Shown one piece after another: positions 42,768 to 52,086 of a DNA stretch of 57,638 nt. A program made the translations under genes and the position numbers. The DNA comes from Minisyncoccota bacterium. Its GTDB lineage: Bacteria; Patescibacteriota; Minisyncoccia; Phycocordibacterales; CAJBRS01. The stretch lies in the NCBI GenBank assembly GCA_017881075.1, contig JADGRH010000001.1, positions 1-57,638 of the forward strand, read 5' to 3'. The notes beneath the pieces were generated by a model, which was given only the letters and a program-made list of their open reading frames with translations, was not told where the DNA came from and searched no databases. Position 1 is the stretch's first letter. Every line of letters starts with the position of its first letter.

Positions 42768-43508
42768 ATGCCAATTGTTGAAGTAAAAAATCTGGTGAAG
42801 AAATTCGGCGACACTACCGCCGTTGATAATCTCACTTTTGAGATTGAAGAGGGTAAGATCACCGGTCTTCTTGGGCCAAATGGAGCGGGGAAGACCACTA
42901 CCATTCAGATGCTTCTTGATCTGATTATTCCCACTTCCGGTAGCATTCGTATTTTTGGCAAAGAGATGAAAAATTCTCGAGAAGAAATCTTGAGTAAGAT
43001 AAATTTTTCTTCCCCTTATGTTTCACTGCCGACTAATCTAAAAGTTTGGGAAAATCTGACCACTTTTGCTCGACTTTACGGAGTTAAAAATATTGAAAAA
43101 AAGATTGATGAACTAACAACCTTTTTTGATATCAAAGATTTTCTACCAAAGATGACTTCGGCACTTTCTACCGGCCAGCTCACTCGGCTTAATTTGACCA
43201 AGGCCCTACTTAATGACCCGGCCCTGCTTTTTCTGGATGAACCGACCGCTTCACTTGATCCCGATATTGCCGATCGGACCAGACAGCTCTTGAAACGTAT
43301 TCAAAAAGAAAGAAATGTCACTATTCTTTACACTACCCACAATATGGCCGAAGTAGAGGAGATATGTGATCGGGCCATCTTTATTCATCATGGAAAAATG
43401 AAGGACGATGGAGCACCTGCCGATCTGATTAAAAAATATGGTCGGGAAGATTTAAACGATGTTTTTTTAATGATTGCCAGAGGAGAAGCCGAGAATGTAA
43501 AATCATAG
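42768..43508 (+). CDS. ABC transporter ATP-binding protein (ABC-2 type)
   Basis: GLLGPNGAGKTTT, LSTGQLTRL, LLFLDEPTASLD. Confidence 0.85.
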   Translation: MPIVEVKNLVKKFGDTTAVDNLTFEIEEGKITGLLGPNGAGKTTTIQMLLDLIIPTSGSIRIFGKEMKNSREEILSKINFSSPYVSLPTNLKVWENLTTFARLYGVKNIEKKIDELTTFFDIKDFLPKMTSALSTGQLTRLNLTKALLNDPALLFLDEPTASLDPDIADRTRQLLKRIQKERNVTILYTTHNMAEVEEICDRAIFIHHGKMKDDGAPADLIKKYGREDLNDVFLMIARGEAENVKS

Positions 43509-43510
43509 AT

Positions 43511-44302
43511 ATGAACTTCAATCGCATCAGTGCCTTAATGATGAGACATCTTTATCTCTACCAGCGGAGCTTGCCGAGGCTGATGGATCTATTTTTTTGG
43601 CCGATTTTGGAAATTTTGGTATGGGGATTTTTAAGCGTCTATTTAGAAAAAATGAATTTGGGAGGATTAAATATTGTCAGCTTGCTTCTGGGGGCGATTA
43701 TCTTCTGGGATTTATTAAGTCAATCTCAAAAGGCGGTCTCTTTTGCTTTTATGGAAGAAGTTTGGGAAAAGAATTTCTTAAATATTTTTGTTACCCCTCT
43801 CAAAGTAAGTGAGTTCCTTTTTTCCACTTTTTTTCTGGGACTGATAAGAATCGTTTTAGTTGGAATTATTTTGGGCCTTTTCTCTTTTCTTTTGTATCAT
43901 TTTAATATATTTCAATTTGGACTTTATACTGTTCCTTTTATCATCAACCTACTTCTTTTTGGTTGGACTCTCGGTATCTTTACCACGGCCATCATTTTCC
44001 GTTTTGGTAGCTCCGCCCAGATCTTTGCCTACAGTTTAATATTCTTAATTCAGCCGTTTAGTGCCGTTTTTTATCCAATTTCAGCTTTGCCCCAAGCCCT
44101 GCAATTTGTTGCCTATCTTTTCCCGTCATCCTATGTTTTTGAGGGTATGAGGGCAATCATTCACAACGGGGTCTTTCCACTCAATTATTTCCTACTCTCT
44201 CTTGGACTGAATTTAGTCTATATGGCAGTAATTTTTTTCTTTTTCTATAAGGCTTTCTATTGGGTTAGAGTTCACGGCCGGTTAATGAAGATCGAGGGAT
44301 AA
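43511..44302 (+). CDS. ABC-2 type transporter permease
   Basis: Six-TM protein immediately downstream of the ATPase. Confidence 0.7.
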   Translation: MNFNRISALMMRHLYLYQRSLPRLMDLFFWPILEILVWGFLSVYLEKMNLGGLNIVSLLLGAIIFWDLLSQSQKAVSFAFMEEVWEKNFLNIFVTPLKVSEFLFSTFFLGLIRIVLVGIILGLFSFLLYHFNIFQFGLYTVPFIINLLLFGWTLGIFTTAIIFRFGSSAQIFAYSLIFLIQPFSAVFYPISALPQALQFVAYLFPSSYVFEGMRAIIHNGVFPLNYFLLSLGLNLVYMAVIFFFFYKAFYWVRVHGRLMKIEG

Positions 44303-44359
44303 TATTTGTGATAGAATATCATTGAAGTTAGAAAGCTTTATTAATTAATTTTATAAACC

Positions 44360-44509
44360 ATGCTTACAACAATCGCAGTCATATTGGTTGTTCTTTGGCT
44401 AATCGGGTGGGTAGCCCTGCCTGCTATAGGAGGTTTTATTCACATTCTGCTAGTCATAGCTATCATTGTTATCTTGGTCCGGATTATTCGGGGAAAGTCG
44501 GTGGTTTAA
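44360..44509 (+). CDS. Small membrane protein (49 aa), lmo0937-like family
   Basis: Own translation: MLTTIAVILVVLWLIGWVALPAIGGFIHILLVIAIIVILVRIIRGKSVV. It is followed by a strong terminator and was missed by the 60-aa cutoff. Confidence 0.55.
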   Translation: MLTTIAVILVVLWLIGWVALPAIGGFIHILLVIAIIVILVRIIRGKSVV

Positions 44510-44520
44510 AGAGTTTTGAA

Positions 44521-44556
44521 AACAGCCCCGCGGCCTTTGGCCGCGGGGCTGTTTTC
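44521..44556 (+). terminator. Rho-independent terminator
   Basis: AACAGCCCCGCGGCC-ttt-GGCCGCGGGGCTGTT followed by TTC. Confidence 0.7.
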
Positions 44557-44574
44557 TATAGTAAAATAGAATGG

Positions 44575-45399
44575 ATGAAAAGCACCCCCCACATTGCCCA
44601 TCGTCACCGTCACTCCGCCATTAGCTATCCAATATCTCTTAGCCAGAGGCTCTATACTTTTTTTGTAGGGCCTCTTTTAGTTGTTCTGATTCTATTTATA
44701 GTGGTCAAGTTTTTCTCCGGCTCGTCATTTGCCATAGTGGAGAAATTTTCTTTGGATGATCTGGTTAAGGCTCTTCTTGCCACATCCCTGCGTTTACTCA
44801 TTGCCTACATTTTGGCTCTTGTTGTTGCCGTACCACTTGCTCTTTTCGCCACTAGTAGTCGCTCTGCCGAAACTATTTTCCTGCCGGTCTTTGATATTCT
44901 GGAATCCGTTCCGGCTCTAGCCTTCTTTCCAATTCTTATTGTCTTTTTTGTCCGGCTGGATTTCTTGAATGGGGCCGCTATTTTTATTCTTTTTCTTTCC
45001 ATGCTTTGGAATATTGTTTTTACCTTAGTTGGCGGACTGAAAATCATTCCGAAAGATATTAAAGATGCCGCTCAAATCTTCGGCATCCGTGGTTGGAATT
45101 ATTTTCGCAAGGTTCTTCTTCCGGCTATTTTTCCGGAGCTTGTCACCGGCTCTATCTTAGCCGTAGCCCAGGGTTGGAACATCACTATTATTGCGGAAGT
45201 TCTCCATGTCTATATTCCTGGCGGCAACGCAAGCCATGACCTTTTTGGTATCGGCAGTATCTTGGTACAGGCCGCCTCCGGCGGCAAGACCGATCTTTTT
45301 ATTGTGGCCCTGGTTTTAATGGTTTTGATGATCGCCTTACTCAATTTCTTCCTTTGGCAAAAATTACTTCGTTATGCCGAACGATTCAAATTTGAATGA
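44575..45399 (+). CDS. ABC transporter permease (NitT/TauT-type, BPD_transp_1)
   Basis: The start is placed at the Met of MKSTPH, downstream of the terminator at 44521-44556. The track ORF from 44395 reads through the small gene and the terminator. Permease motifs: LLIAYILALVVAVPLAL..., SVPALAFFPI. Confidence 0.65.
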   Translation: MKSTPHIAHRHRHSAISYPISLSQRLYTFFVGPLLVVLILFIVVKFFSGSSFAIVEKFSLDDLVKALLATSLRLLIAYILALVVAVPLALFATSSRSAETIFLPVFDILESVPALAFFPILIVFFVRLDFLNGAAIFILFLSMLWNIVFTLVGGLKIIPKDIKDAAQIFGIRGWNYFRKVLLPAIFPELVTGSILAVAQGWNITIIAEVLHVYIPGGNASHDLFGIGSILVQAASGGKTDLFIVALVLMVLMIALLNFFLWQKLLRYAERFKFE

Positions 45400-46111
45400 A
45401 ATGAATAATATTATTGAATTAAAAAATGTTAGCAAGCTCTACAACCAGCCTCATCAGCTTGCTCTGGAGAACATTAACCTCTCAATCAGAGAAGGGGAGT
45501 TTATCTGTCTCATTGGTCCGTCGGGCGGTGGTAAGACAACACTACTTAAGATTATTGCTGGATTGGAAAAAGAAACGGCTGGAGAAGTAGTAAAACCGGA
45601 GAATGTCTCAATGGCTTTTCAGGGAGGAGCGCTCTTTCCATGGCTCACCGTTTATGAAAACGTGGCCCTAGGCCTGCAGGAGCAAGATCTTTCGGATTCC
45701 AAGATAAAGACCGAAGTTTTGAAATATTTAGAGATGATGAAGATGACTGACTTTGCTCTCAAATATCCGGCCGAACTTTCCGGCGGTCAGCGTCAAAGGG
45801 TTGGCATTGCCCGAGCATTAGCAGTGGAGCCAAGCGTTCTTCTTATGGATGAACCTTTCTCTGCTCTCGATGCTAAAACTACAGCTGAACTTCACGACGA
45901 TCTTATAAAAATCTGGAGAGACACCAAAAGAACTATCATTATGGTATCGCATCTCATCGAAGAAGCCGTCTCCCTCGCCGAGCGGGTGGTTCTGATAAAA
46001 AATTCCACCATCGCCGAGATCTTCAACATTGAGCTCCCATATCCCCGTCGCGAGCAGGGCTTGGCTTTCCATCACGACGTCATGAAGATCCGCCGCGAAT
46101 TCTTCAAATAA
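45374..46111 (+). CDS. ABC transporter ATP-binding protein (nitrate/sulfonate/taurine type)
   Basis: LIGPSGGGKTTLL, LSGGQRQRVGIARAL, LLMDEPFSALD. An alternative start at 45401 (MNNII) removes the overlap. Confidence 0.85.
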   Translation: MPNDSNLNEMNNIIELKNVSKLYNQPHQLALENINLSIREGEFICLIGPSGGGKTTLLKIIAGLEKETAGEVVKPENVSMAFQGGALFPWLTVYENVALGLQEQDLSDSKIKTEVLKYLEMMKMTDFALKYPAELSGGQRQRVGIARALAVEPSVLLMDEPFSALDAKTTAELHDDLIKIWRDTKRTIIMVSHLIEEAVSLAERVVLIKNSTIAEIFNIELPYPRREQGLAFHHDVMKIRREFFK

Positions 46112-46127
46112 CATCGAATTATCGTCG

Positions 46128-46154
46128 AATTATCGAAGTCTGACTTCAATAATT
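46128..46154. repeat. REP-like palindrome, family A (AATTATCGAAGTC-T-GACTTCAATAATT, 1 mismatch)
   Basis: Upstream flank of the Y1 transposase gene. Confidence 0.75.
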
Positions 46155-46207
46155 TATTTTTTCTTTATAAATTTTTTAGCGAAAATTCATCTCTGTTCAT
46201 TATTATT

Positions 46208-46234
46208 AAATATCGAAGTCAGACTTCGATATTT
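46208..46234. repeat. REP-like palindrome, family A (AAATATCGAAGTC-A-GACTTCGATATTT)
   Basis: Perfect 13-bp arms. It abuts the ATG at 46235. Confidence 0.85.
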
Positions 46235-46921
46235 ATGAGAAAAGAGCCATATACAGTTGGATCATACGTTCATGTAGTAAAAAGAGGACAGCGTAAGCAA
46301 CCGATTACCAAAGATATTCAAGATCAATGGCGTTTTTTAAAAATACTCAGACATTTTAATGATCAGTTTTCCTCTCCTAATTGGTATGGAGATTTAAATC
46401 CTAAAGAGCCATTCAAAAGAATTTCTCAATGGTCGCCTCAGCGACCCTTGGTGGAGATTCTAGCCTTTTGCCTAATGCCTAACCATTTTCACCTTCTTCT
46501 TAGAGAAATTCGAGAAGGAGGTATTTCAAAGTTCATGCAGAAAATAGGGACAGGTATGAGTAATTATTATAATATGAAATATGAAGAGGTTGGTAGTTTA
46601 TTTCAAGGAGCATTCAAGTCAAGAACAATTAACGAAGATATTTACCTTCGTTATGTCGCAGTCTATATTATGGTAAAGAATCCGTTAGAATTGTATCCAG
46701 GAGGTTTATCTAAAGCTATAGAAGATTTTGATTCCGCTTATGATTGGGCGGTCAATTACGAATTCGCTAGCCTGAAGGACTTCATAGGGAAAAGACACTA
46801 TTCCATTATCAGTCCGGGAATATTAAAAAATCTTTTCAAAGACGAAGCAGAATTTAAAGCCTTTGCTAAAGACTGTCTTGAAGGGAGAAATATGGATTTT
46901 AACGAAGTCAGACTTCGTTAA
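46235..46921 (+). CDS. IS200/IS605-type Y1 (HUH) transposase, REP-associated tyrosine transposase (RAYT)-like
   Basis: HUH motif CLMPNHFHLLL and the tyrosine region LRYVAVYIMVKNP, in a 228-aa protein flanked on both sides by the dispersed palindromes. Confidence 0.7.
   Translation: MRKEPYTVGSYVHVVKRGQRKQPITKDIQDQWRFLKILRHFNDQFSSPNWYGDLNPKEPFKRISQWSPQRPLVEILAFCLMPNHFHLLLREIREGGISKFMQKIGTGMSNYYNMKYEEVGSLFQGAFKSRTINEDIYLRYVAVYIMVKNPLELYPGGLSKAIEDFDSAYDWAVNYEFASLKDFIGKRHYSIISPGILKNLFKDEAEFKAFAKDCLEGRNMDFNEVRLR
46899..46921. repeat. REP-like palindrome, family A (TTAACGAAGTC-A-GACTTCGTTAA)
   Basis: It overlaps the last 7 codons and the stop codon of the transposase ORF (FNEVRLR*). Confidence 0.85.
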
Positions 46922-46951
46922 TTCGGGAATTCGTGTTATGATTTTAAATAT

Positions 46952-48067
46952 ATGAAAGACTCAAAGAAGGGCTTTGTTGGAGTGGCTTTATTAATAATCC
47001 TTGGTTTATTGGTTGTTGGCGGGGGAGCGTATTATTTTGGTACTCGTCATAGCGCAGAAGCGCCCGCGCAGGTTTCTACCGGTGATCAATCTGGCAGTGT
47101 TCCGAAATTGAATGATTATAGTAATCCTTCTACTAATACGACAGTGAACACTCCTAATACAACGTCAGGGAACGTTTCAAACACCACAAATTGGAAAACT
47201 TATACCAATGCTCAATATGGTTTTCAATTTCAATATTCAAGTGAAATTATTTTTCCATCTCCTACTTCCAACCCTCGGAATGTTTTTGCTCTTCAGTCAA
47301 AAAATTCAATTAGCAGTCCAATTTTGGGTCTATATATTTCATTACTTAAAGATTCAGGAGAGAATACATTACAAAATGATAAAGACACTTTAACCAATGG
47401 ACGAACAGGGATACAGATAAAAAATCTTACAATCGGAGGAAACCCTGGATTTATGGCCAGCCATATCGATAAAGAAGTAAGCGATGTCGGAGGACATATT
47501 ACCTACACCGCAAATTCTATAGTTGAGACCTTTAAAGATGGTAATATTTATGCGTTTGAATGTAGTCAGAATGGTACAGATACGAGTGAATGTAATCAGA
47601 CTATTTCCACCTTTAAATTCACCCAAGTAGCTCAAAATACAGATTGGAAAACTTATTCAGATTTCGGATTCTCATTTAATTATCCAAACAATATAGTACT
47701 AGCCCCTACTGGAGCAAGATTCGCCGTCGATTTCTTTTTAGACAATCCGTCAGATGCAAATATGGTTACCTTCTCGGCAGAAGATCCGGTGGCTACATGT
47801 GATGACATGGATAATGCAATAGGACCCAATGGAGTCCATAATTATAAAGGAGAAATGAAAATAATTAATGGTGTGAGTTTTCACAAAGCTGAATCATCTG
47901 AAGGATTCGCTGGAGGATCTGCACATTCTATTGATTACTACACTGTTCATAATAATTTATGTTTTGATTTGCGCTTTTCACATGCATCGTATACATCTAC
48001 TCTATCCGAATCAACTGCAATTTCAATGTTTGAAAACATTGTTGCAACCTTTAAACTCAAAAACTAA
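46952..48067 (+). CDS. Membrane-anchored or secreted hypothetical protein (371 aa)
   Basis: N-terminal TM/signal segment and a Ser/Thr/Asn-rich linker. No recognised domain. Confidence 0.5.
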   Translation: MKDSKKGFVGVALLIILGLLVVGGGAYYFGTRHSAEAPAQVSTGDQSGSVPKLNDYSNPSTNTTVNTPNTTSGNVSNTTNWKTYTNAQYGFQFQYSSEIIFPSPTSNPRNVFALQSKNSISSPILGLYISLLKDSGENTLQNDKDTLTNGRTGIQIKNLTIGGNPGFMASHIDKEVSDVGGHITYTANSIVETFKDGNIYAFECSQNGTDTSECNQTISTFKFTQVAQNTDWKTYSDFGFSFNYPNNIVLAPTGARFAVDFFLDNPSDANMVTFSAEDPVATCDDMDNAIGPNGVHNYKGEMKIINGVSFHKAESSEGFAGGSAHSIDYYTVHNNLCFDLRFSHASYTSTLSESTAISMFENIVATFKLKN

Positions 48068-48285
48068 TGGACCAAGAACTTCAAAAATTGCAGGCGAAGA
48101 TTGATGAGCAGAAGGTGCAGATTGATCAAATGTATCAGTCGGTGGAAAAGTTGCGCAAGTATTTTAAATGGACGATGATTATTACTATTATCGTTGTGGT
48201 TTTGCCACTGATCGGTCTCGTTTTTGCCCTACCGACTTTTCTTAATAATTATGTTGGTCAGGCCAATTCTCTCAGTGGTTTTTAA
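48067..48285 (+). CDS. Small tail-anchored membrane protein (72 aa)
   Basis: Coiled-coil N-terminus and one TM helix. Its start overlaps the upstream stop. Confidence 0.45.
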   Translation: MDQELQKLQAKIDEQKVQIDQMYQSVEKLRKYFKWTMIITIIVVVLPLIGLVFALPTFLNNYVGQANSLSGF

Positions 48286-48288
48286 TTC

Positions 48289-49572
48289 ATGAAGTTAGCA
48301 CCGAAAAAGCAGGTTTATTGGTATACCAAAAAGACTCCCACAATAAAAAAACTGGAGAATAATGCCGCCGCCGACGTGGTCATTGTCGGCGGGGGAATGG
48401 CCGGCCTCTCGGCCGGCCAGAAACTAAGCGAGGCCGGTCTAAAAGTCATTATTCTTGAATGTACTTTTTGTGGTGGGGGAGCGAGCGGCAAAAGCTCCGG
48501 CTTTCTCACTCCGGATTCGGAGCTCCAACTCGCCGATCTTTTGGAGAAATACGGCCCCGAAGGGGCCGTCAAAATGCGTCAATTTGTCGATGTTGGCCTT
48601 AATCTCATTCGGGATAACATTAAAAAATATAATATTGACTGCGATTACCAAATTCAGGATTCCCTCTTTGTCGCCAACTCAAGGAAGTCTTTTAGGAAAG
48701 TGGAAGTTGAACATCAGGCCAGAGTGAAACTCGGCTACGAAAGCAAGCTTTATTCGGAGGAAAAGTTGCCGGAAATTTTAGGAGGTAATAAATATTTCGG
48801 CGGTGTGCGATATCCCGGTAGCTTTGGCCTCAACTCTTATTTATATTGCCAGGCAATGAAAGAAATATTGGAAAAAAATGGTGTGGAGATTTACGAAGAA
48901 AGTTCGGTTTCGGAAATTATGGAAGGGAAGGTGAAAGCGGGAGACTTTGTTGTTTCAGCAAAATACATTATTGTCGCTACTGATCACTTTTTATCTAACT
49001 TCAATATTAGAAAGAGAGATGTTTATCATGCTCAAACATTTTTGGCTGTTTCCGCTCCACTTGAAGATTCAAAGTTTCGAAAGATCTTTCCGAACGACGT
49101 AACTATGGTCTGGGACACCGATCTCATCTATCAATATTTTCGTCCGATCGAAGGAAACAGATTACTCTTCGGTGCCGCTAATCTTCTTTACACTTATAAA
49201 CCACATGAAAAGAAAAATTTTGCAGATGTTATCCAAAAGATGCGGCGATATCTGAAAAATAAATTTGATCTCGACGATATTGTCTTTGAATATTCTTGGC
49301 CGGGCATGATTGGCGTTGCCAAGGATTTTGTACCGATTGCTGGGATTGATCCAAAAATGAAAAATGTTTTATATATGAGCGCCGCCACCGGTCTCCCCTG
49401 GGCGGCGGCCCTCGGCGACTATCTTGCCGGCAAGATCACTAACGGCCGGCAAGACTATGATCAATTTTTCTCGCCCGAACGACATTATCCCGTCAGTAAT
49501 AATATTCAAGTCGTTATCTCCAAGCCAGTTGCTTTTGCCATCAGTCATGGCATTATTAAGTACTTTAAATAA
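48289..49572 (+). CDS. FAD-dependent oxidoreductase (DAO family)
   Basis: VVIVGGGMAGLSAGQKL dinucleotide-binding motif, 427 aa. Confidence 0.7.
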   Translation: MKLAPKKQVYWYTKKTPTIKKLENNAAADVVIVGGGMAGLSAGQKLSEAGLKVIILECTFCGGGASGKSSGFLTPDSELQLADLLEKYGPEGAVKMRQFVDVGLNLIRDNIKKYNIDCDYQIQDSLFVANSRKSFRKVEVEHQARVKLGYESKLYSEEKLPEILGGNKYFGGVRYPGSFGLNSYLYCQAMKEILEKNGVEIYEESSVSEIMEGKVKAGDFVVSAKYIIVATDHFLSNFNIRKRDVYHAQTFLAVSAPLEDSKFRKIFPNDVTMVWDTDLIYQYFRPIEGNRLLFGAANLLYTYKPHEKKNFADVIQKMRRYLKNKFDLDDIVFEYSWPGMIGVAKDFVPIAGIDPKMKNVLYMSAATGLPWAAALGDYLAGKITNGRQDYDQFFSPERHYPVSNNIQVVISKPVAFAISHGIIKYFK

Positions 49573-49574
49573 AC

Positions 49575-50141
49575 ATGGACAAACTATTTATTCCAATTTT
49601 GCTTGGTACGGCTAGAGACGAGAGAGAATCGGAAAAGGTGGCGAAATTTGTTTTTGATCAATTTTCAAAAAATACCAAAATAAAAACCGAACTGATTGAT
49701 ATCAGAAATTTTGCTTTGTCCGAGACCACTCCTTCCTGGGTGGAAAGTCCGATCATAGCAGAATGGAGAGAAACTCTCACTAAGGCGGATGGATTGATAA
49801 TCGTTGCTCCGGAATACAATCATGGCTATCCAGGCGAGTTGAAATTACTGATCGATTCAGCCCTGAAAGAATATGAAAAAAAGCCCGTTGCCATCTGTGG
49901 CGTTTCGAGTAGCGCCATTGGTGGTGCCCGAATGATGCAGCACCTGATTCCCACTCTAAGCAAGCTGGGGATGATACCAATCAAAGATGCCGCTTACTTT
50001 TCTGTTGTCAAAGAGTTATTTAACCAAAAGGGTAAAATAAAAAACAAACAGAAATGGCAGAAAATTCTGAAAAAGATCTTCGACGAGCTTCTCTGGTATG
50101 CTAAAGTCCTAAAGGAAGGAAGAATTAAATATCCAAAATAA
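49575..50141 (+). CDS. NAD(P)H-dependent FMN reductase-like flavoprotein
   Basis: LIIVAPEYNHGYPGELKLLID motif. Confidence 0.7.
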   Translation: MDKLFIPILLGTARDERESEKVAKFVFDQFSKNTKIKTELIDIRNFALSETTPSWVESPIIAEWRETLTKADGLIIVAPEYNHGYPGELKLLIDSALKEYEKKPVAICGVSSSAIGGARMMQHLIPTLSKLGMIPIKDAAYFSVVKELFNQKGKIKNKQKWQKILKKIFDELLWYAKVLKEGRIKYPK

Positions 50142-50142
50142 A

Positions 50143-51039
50143 ATGCCTAAAGTAAAAATCATTACTCACGACGGTAATTTTCATCCGGATGAGCTTTTTG
50201 CTGTAGCTACTCTGCTTCTAGTACTTGACCTAAGTAATGATGAATATGAAATTATTCGGACGCGCGATCCAGAAGCGATTAAGACGGGAGATTATATTTT
50301 AGATGTTGGGGGTATTTATGATCCTGCCAACAATAGATTTGATCATCATCAAATCGGGAGAGCGGGGGAAAGACCGAACGGTATTCCTTATGCCACTTTT
50401 GGGCTAGTGTGGAAAAAGTTTGGAGAGAAGATTTGTGGAGGTAAAGAAATAGCAGATAGAGTGGATGAAAAAATGGTGCAATCGATTGACGCTGACGATA
50501 ATGGAGTGGCCACATTCCAACCTTTATCAAAAGACATCACACCTTACCAATTTGAATCGGCTATCTCGTCCTTCATTCCAACTTGGCGAGAAAAAGATCA
50601 AAACATTGACGCGGCTTTTTTAAAGGTGCTCGTTCTGGTGGAAGAAGTATTGGCTAGAGAGATCACTCGGGCAAAGCATTATTTTGAAGGCAAGAGTCTT
50701 ATATTGGAGGCTTATGAAAAAGCGGAAGATAAAAGAATTATTATTCTTAAAGACGCTTATTCTTGGAAAGAGGTCTTAAGTAAATTCCCAGAACCGTTAT
50801 TTGTAGTTGGCAATGATGGTCGCCGGTCGGAATGGGCCGTAGCCAGTGTCAGGGAAGAAGGGGCATCATTTGTAAGTCGTAAACTTTTACCGGAAAGCTG
50901 GGCCGGAAAACGCGATGACCAATTAGCAAAGATTACGGGTGTAAAAGAGGCGTTTTTTTGCCATAACGGTCGTCATCTTGCCATGGCCAAAACTTTTGAT
51001 GGGGCTATGGCTATGGCCAAACTGGCTTTAGAATCTTAA
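50143..51039 (+). CDS. MYG1/UPF0160 family metal-dependent hydrolase
   Basis: ITHDGNFHPDELFAVATL and FDHHQ motifs. Confidence 0.7.
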   Translation: MPKVKIITHDGNFHPDELFAVATLLLVLDLSNDEYEIIRTRDPEAIKTGDYILDVGGIYDPANNRFDHHQIGRAGERPNGIPYATFGLVWKKFGEKICGGKEIADRVDEKMVQSIDADDNGVATFQPLSKDITPYQFESAISSFIPTWREKDQNIDAAFLKVLVLVEEVLAREITRAKHYFEGKSLILEAYEKAEDKRIIILKDAYSWKEVLSKFPEPLFVVGNDGRRSEWAVASVREEGASFVSRKLLPESWAGKRDDQLAKITGVKEAFFCHNGRHLAMAKTFDGAMAMAKLALES

Positions 51040-51075
51040 TCAGACCTATAAGCTAACACCTAACACCTATCCTTT

Positions 51076-52086
51076 ATGCCATTCGTTGACGAATTAAAAA
51101 TTCATATTAGGTCAGGGAAAGGCGGGGACGGGGTGGTGCGCTGGCTGCATGAGAAAGGAAAGGAATTTATGGGTCCGGCTGGAGGAAATGGCGGCCGTGG
51201 TGGAAATGTTTCGGTAGAAGCGGTCAGTGATTTGAATATTTTATTTCACTATCGACATAAAAAAGAATTCAAAGCTGAAGATGGAGGAAACGGCATGAGT
51301 AGAAGTATGCATGGTAAGGATGGTGCAGATCTCATAATCAATGTGCCAATAGGCAGTGTTATTACTAATTTAGATACGGATAAGAAAATTTCTCTGTCAG
51401 AGAAAGGAGAGAAAGCGACGTTACTTGTCGGCGGCCATGGCGGGTTGGGTAACGAGTACTTTAAAGGTTCTAAGAATGTTCGGCCGAAAGAATCAACACT
51501 TGGTAAGGTCGGCGAAGAAGCAGATTTTTTTATTGAAGTGGAACTGGTTGTGGCGGCTGGTCTTGTCGGACTTCCGAACGCAGGCAAATCAAGCTTGTTG
51601 AATGCCATGACTGCGGCAGAAGCGAGAGTGGGGGAATATCAATTCACAACACTTGAACCAAATCTCGGTGCTCTCTACGAATTCGTTTTAGCCGACATCC
51701 CCGGCCTCATCGGAGGGGCATCGCTCGGAAAAGGTTTGGGTCATAAATTTCTACGACACGTTAAACGCACCAAAATTCTTTTTCACTGTATTTCTTTAGA
51801 GGAGGATGTATTAAATGCTTACCAGACTATTCGGAATGAAATAGAGCTTTTTGATCCAGAATTAGGAAAAAGGAAGGAAGTTATTATTCTCACTAAAACG
51901 GATCTTGTTTCCAAAGAAATTTTAGAGCAAGCTAGAAAAACTCTTTCCAATAAAAATTCCAAAATTTATGATGTGTCGGTTTTTGATGACCAATCGGTGG
52001 AAACATTAAAAGAAAAGATCCTCAAAATTCTGCGCTCGCCCACAGCTATAAAACAGACCGCTCCGGGGCGCTTGCCCAAGTCTTAG
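51076..52086 (+). CDS. obg: GTPase Obg/CgtA
   Basis: FVDELKIHIRSGKGGDG Obg fold, G1 GLPNAGKSSLL, G3 DIPGLI, G4 TKTD. Confidence 0.9.
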   Translation: MPFVDELKIHIRSGKGGDGVVRWLHEKGKEFMGPAGGNGGRGGNVSVEAVSDLNILFHYRHKKEFKAEDGGNGMSRSMHGKDGADLIINVPIGSVITNLDTDKKISLSEKGEKATLLVGGHGGLGNEYFKGSKNVRPKESTLGKVGEEADFFIEVELVVAAGLVGLPNAGKSSLLNAMTAAEARVGEYQFTTLEPNLGALYEFVLADIPGLIGGASLGKGLGHKFLRHVKRTKILFHCISLEEDVLNAYQTIRNEIELFDPELGKRKEVIILTKTDLVSKEILEQARKTLSNKNSKIYDVSVFDDQSVETLKEKILKILRSPTAIKQTAPGRLPKS

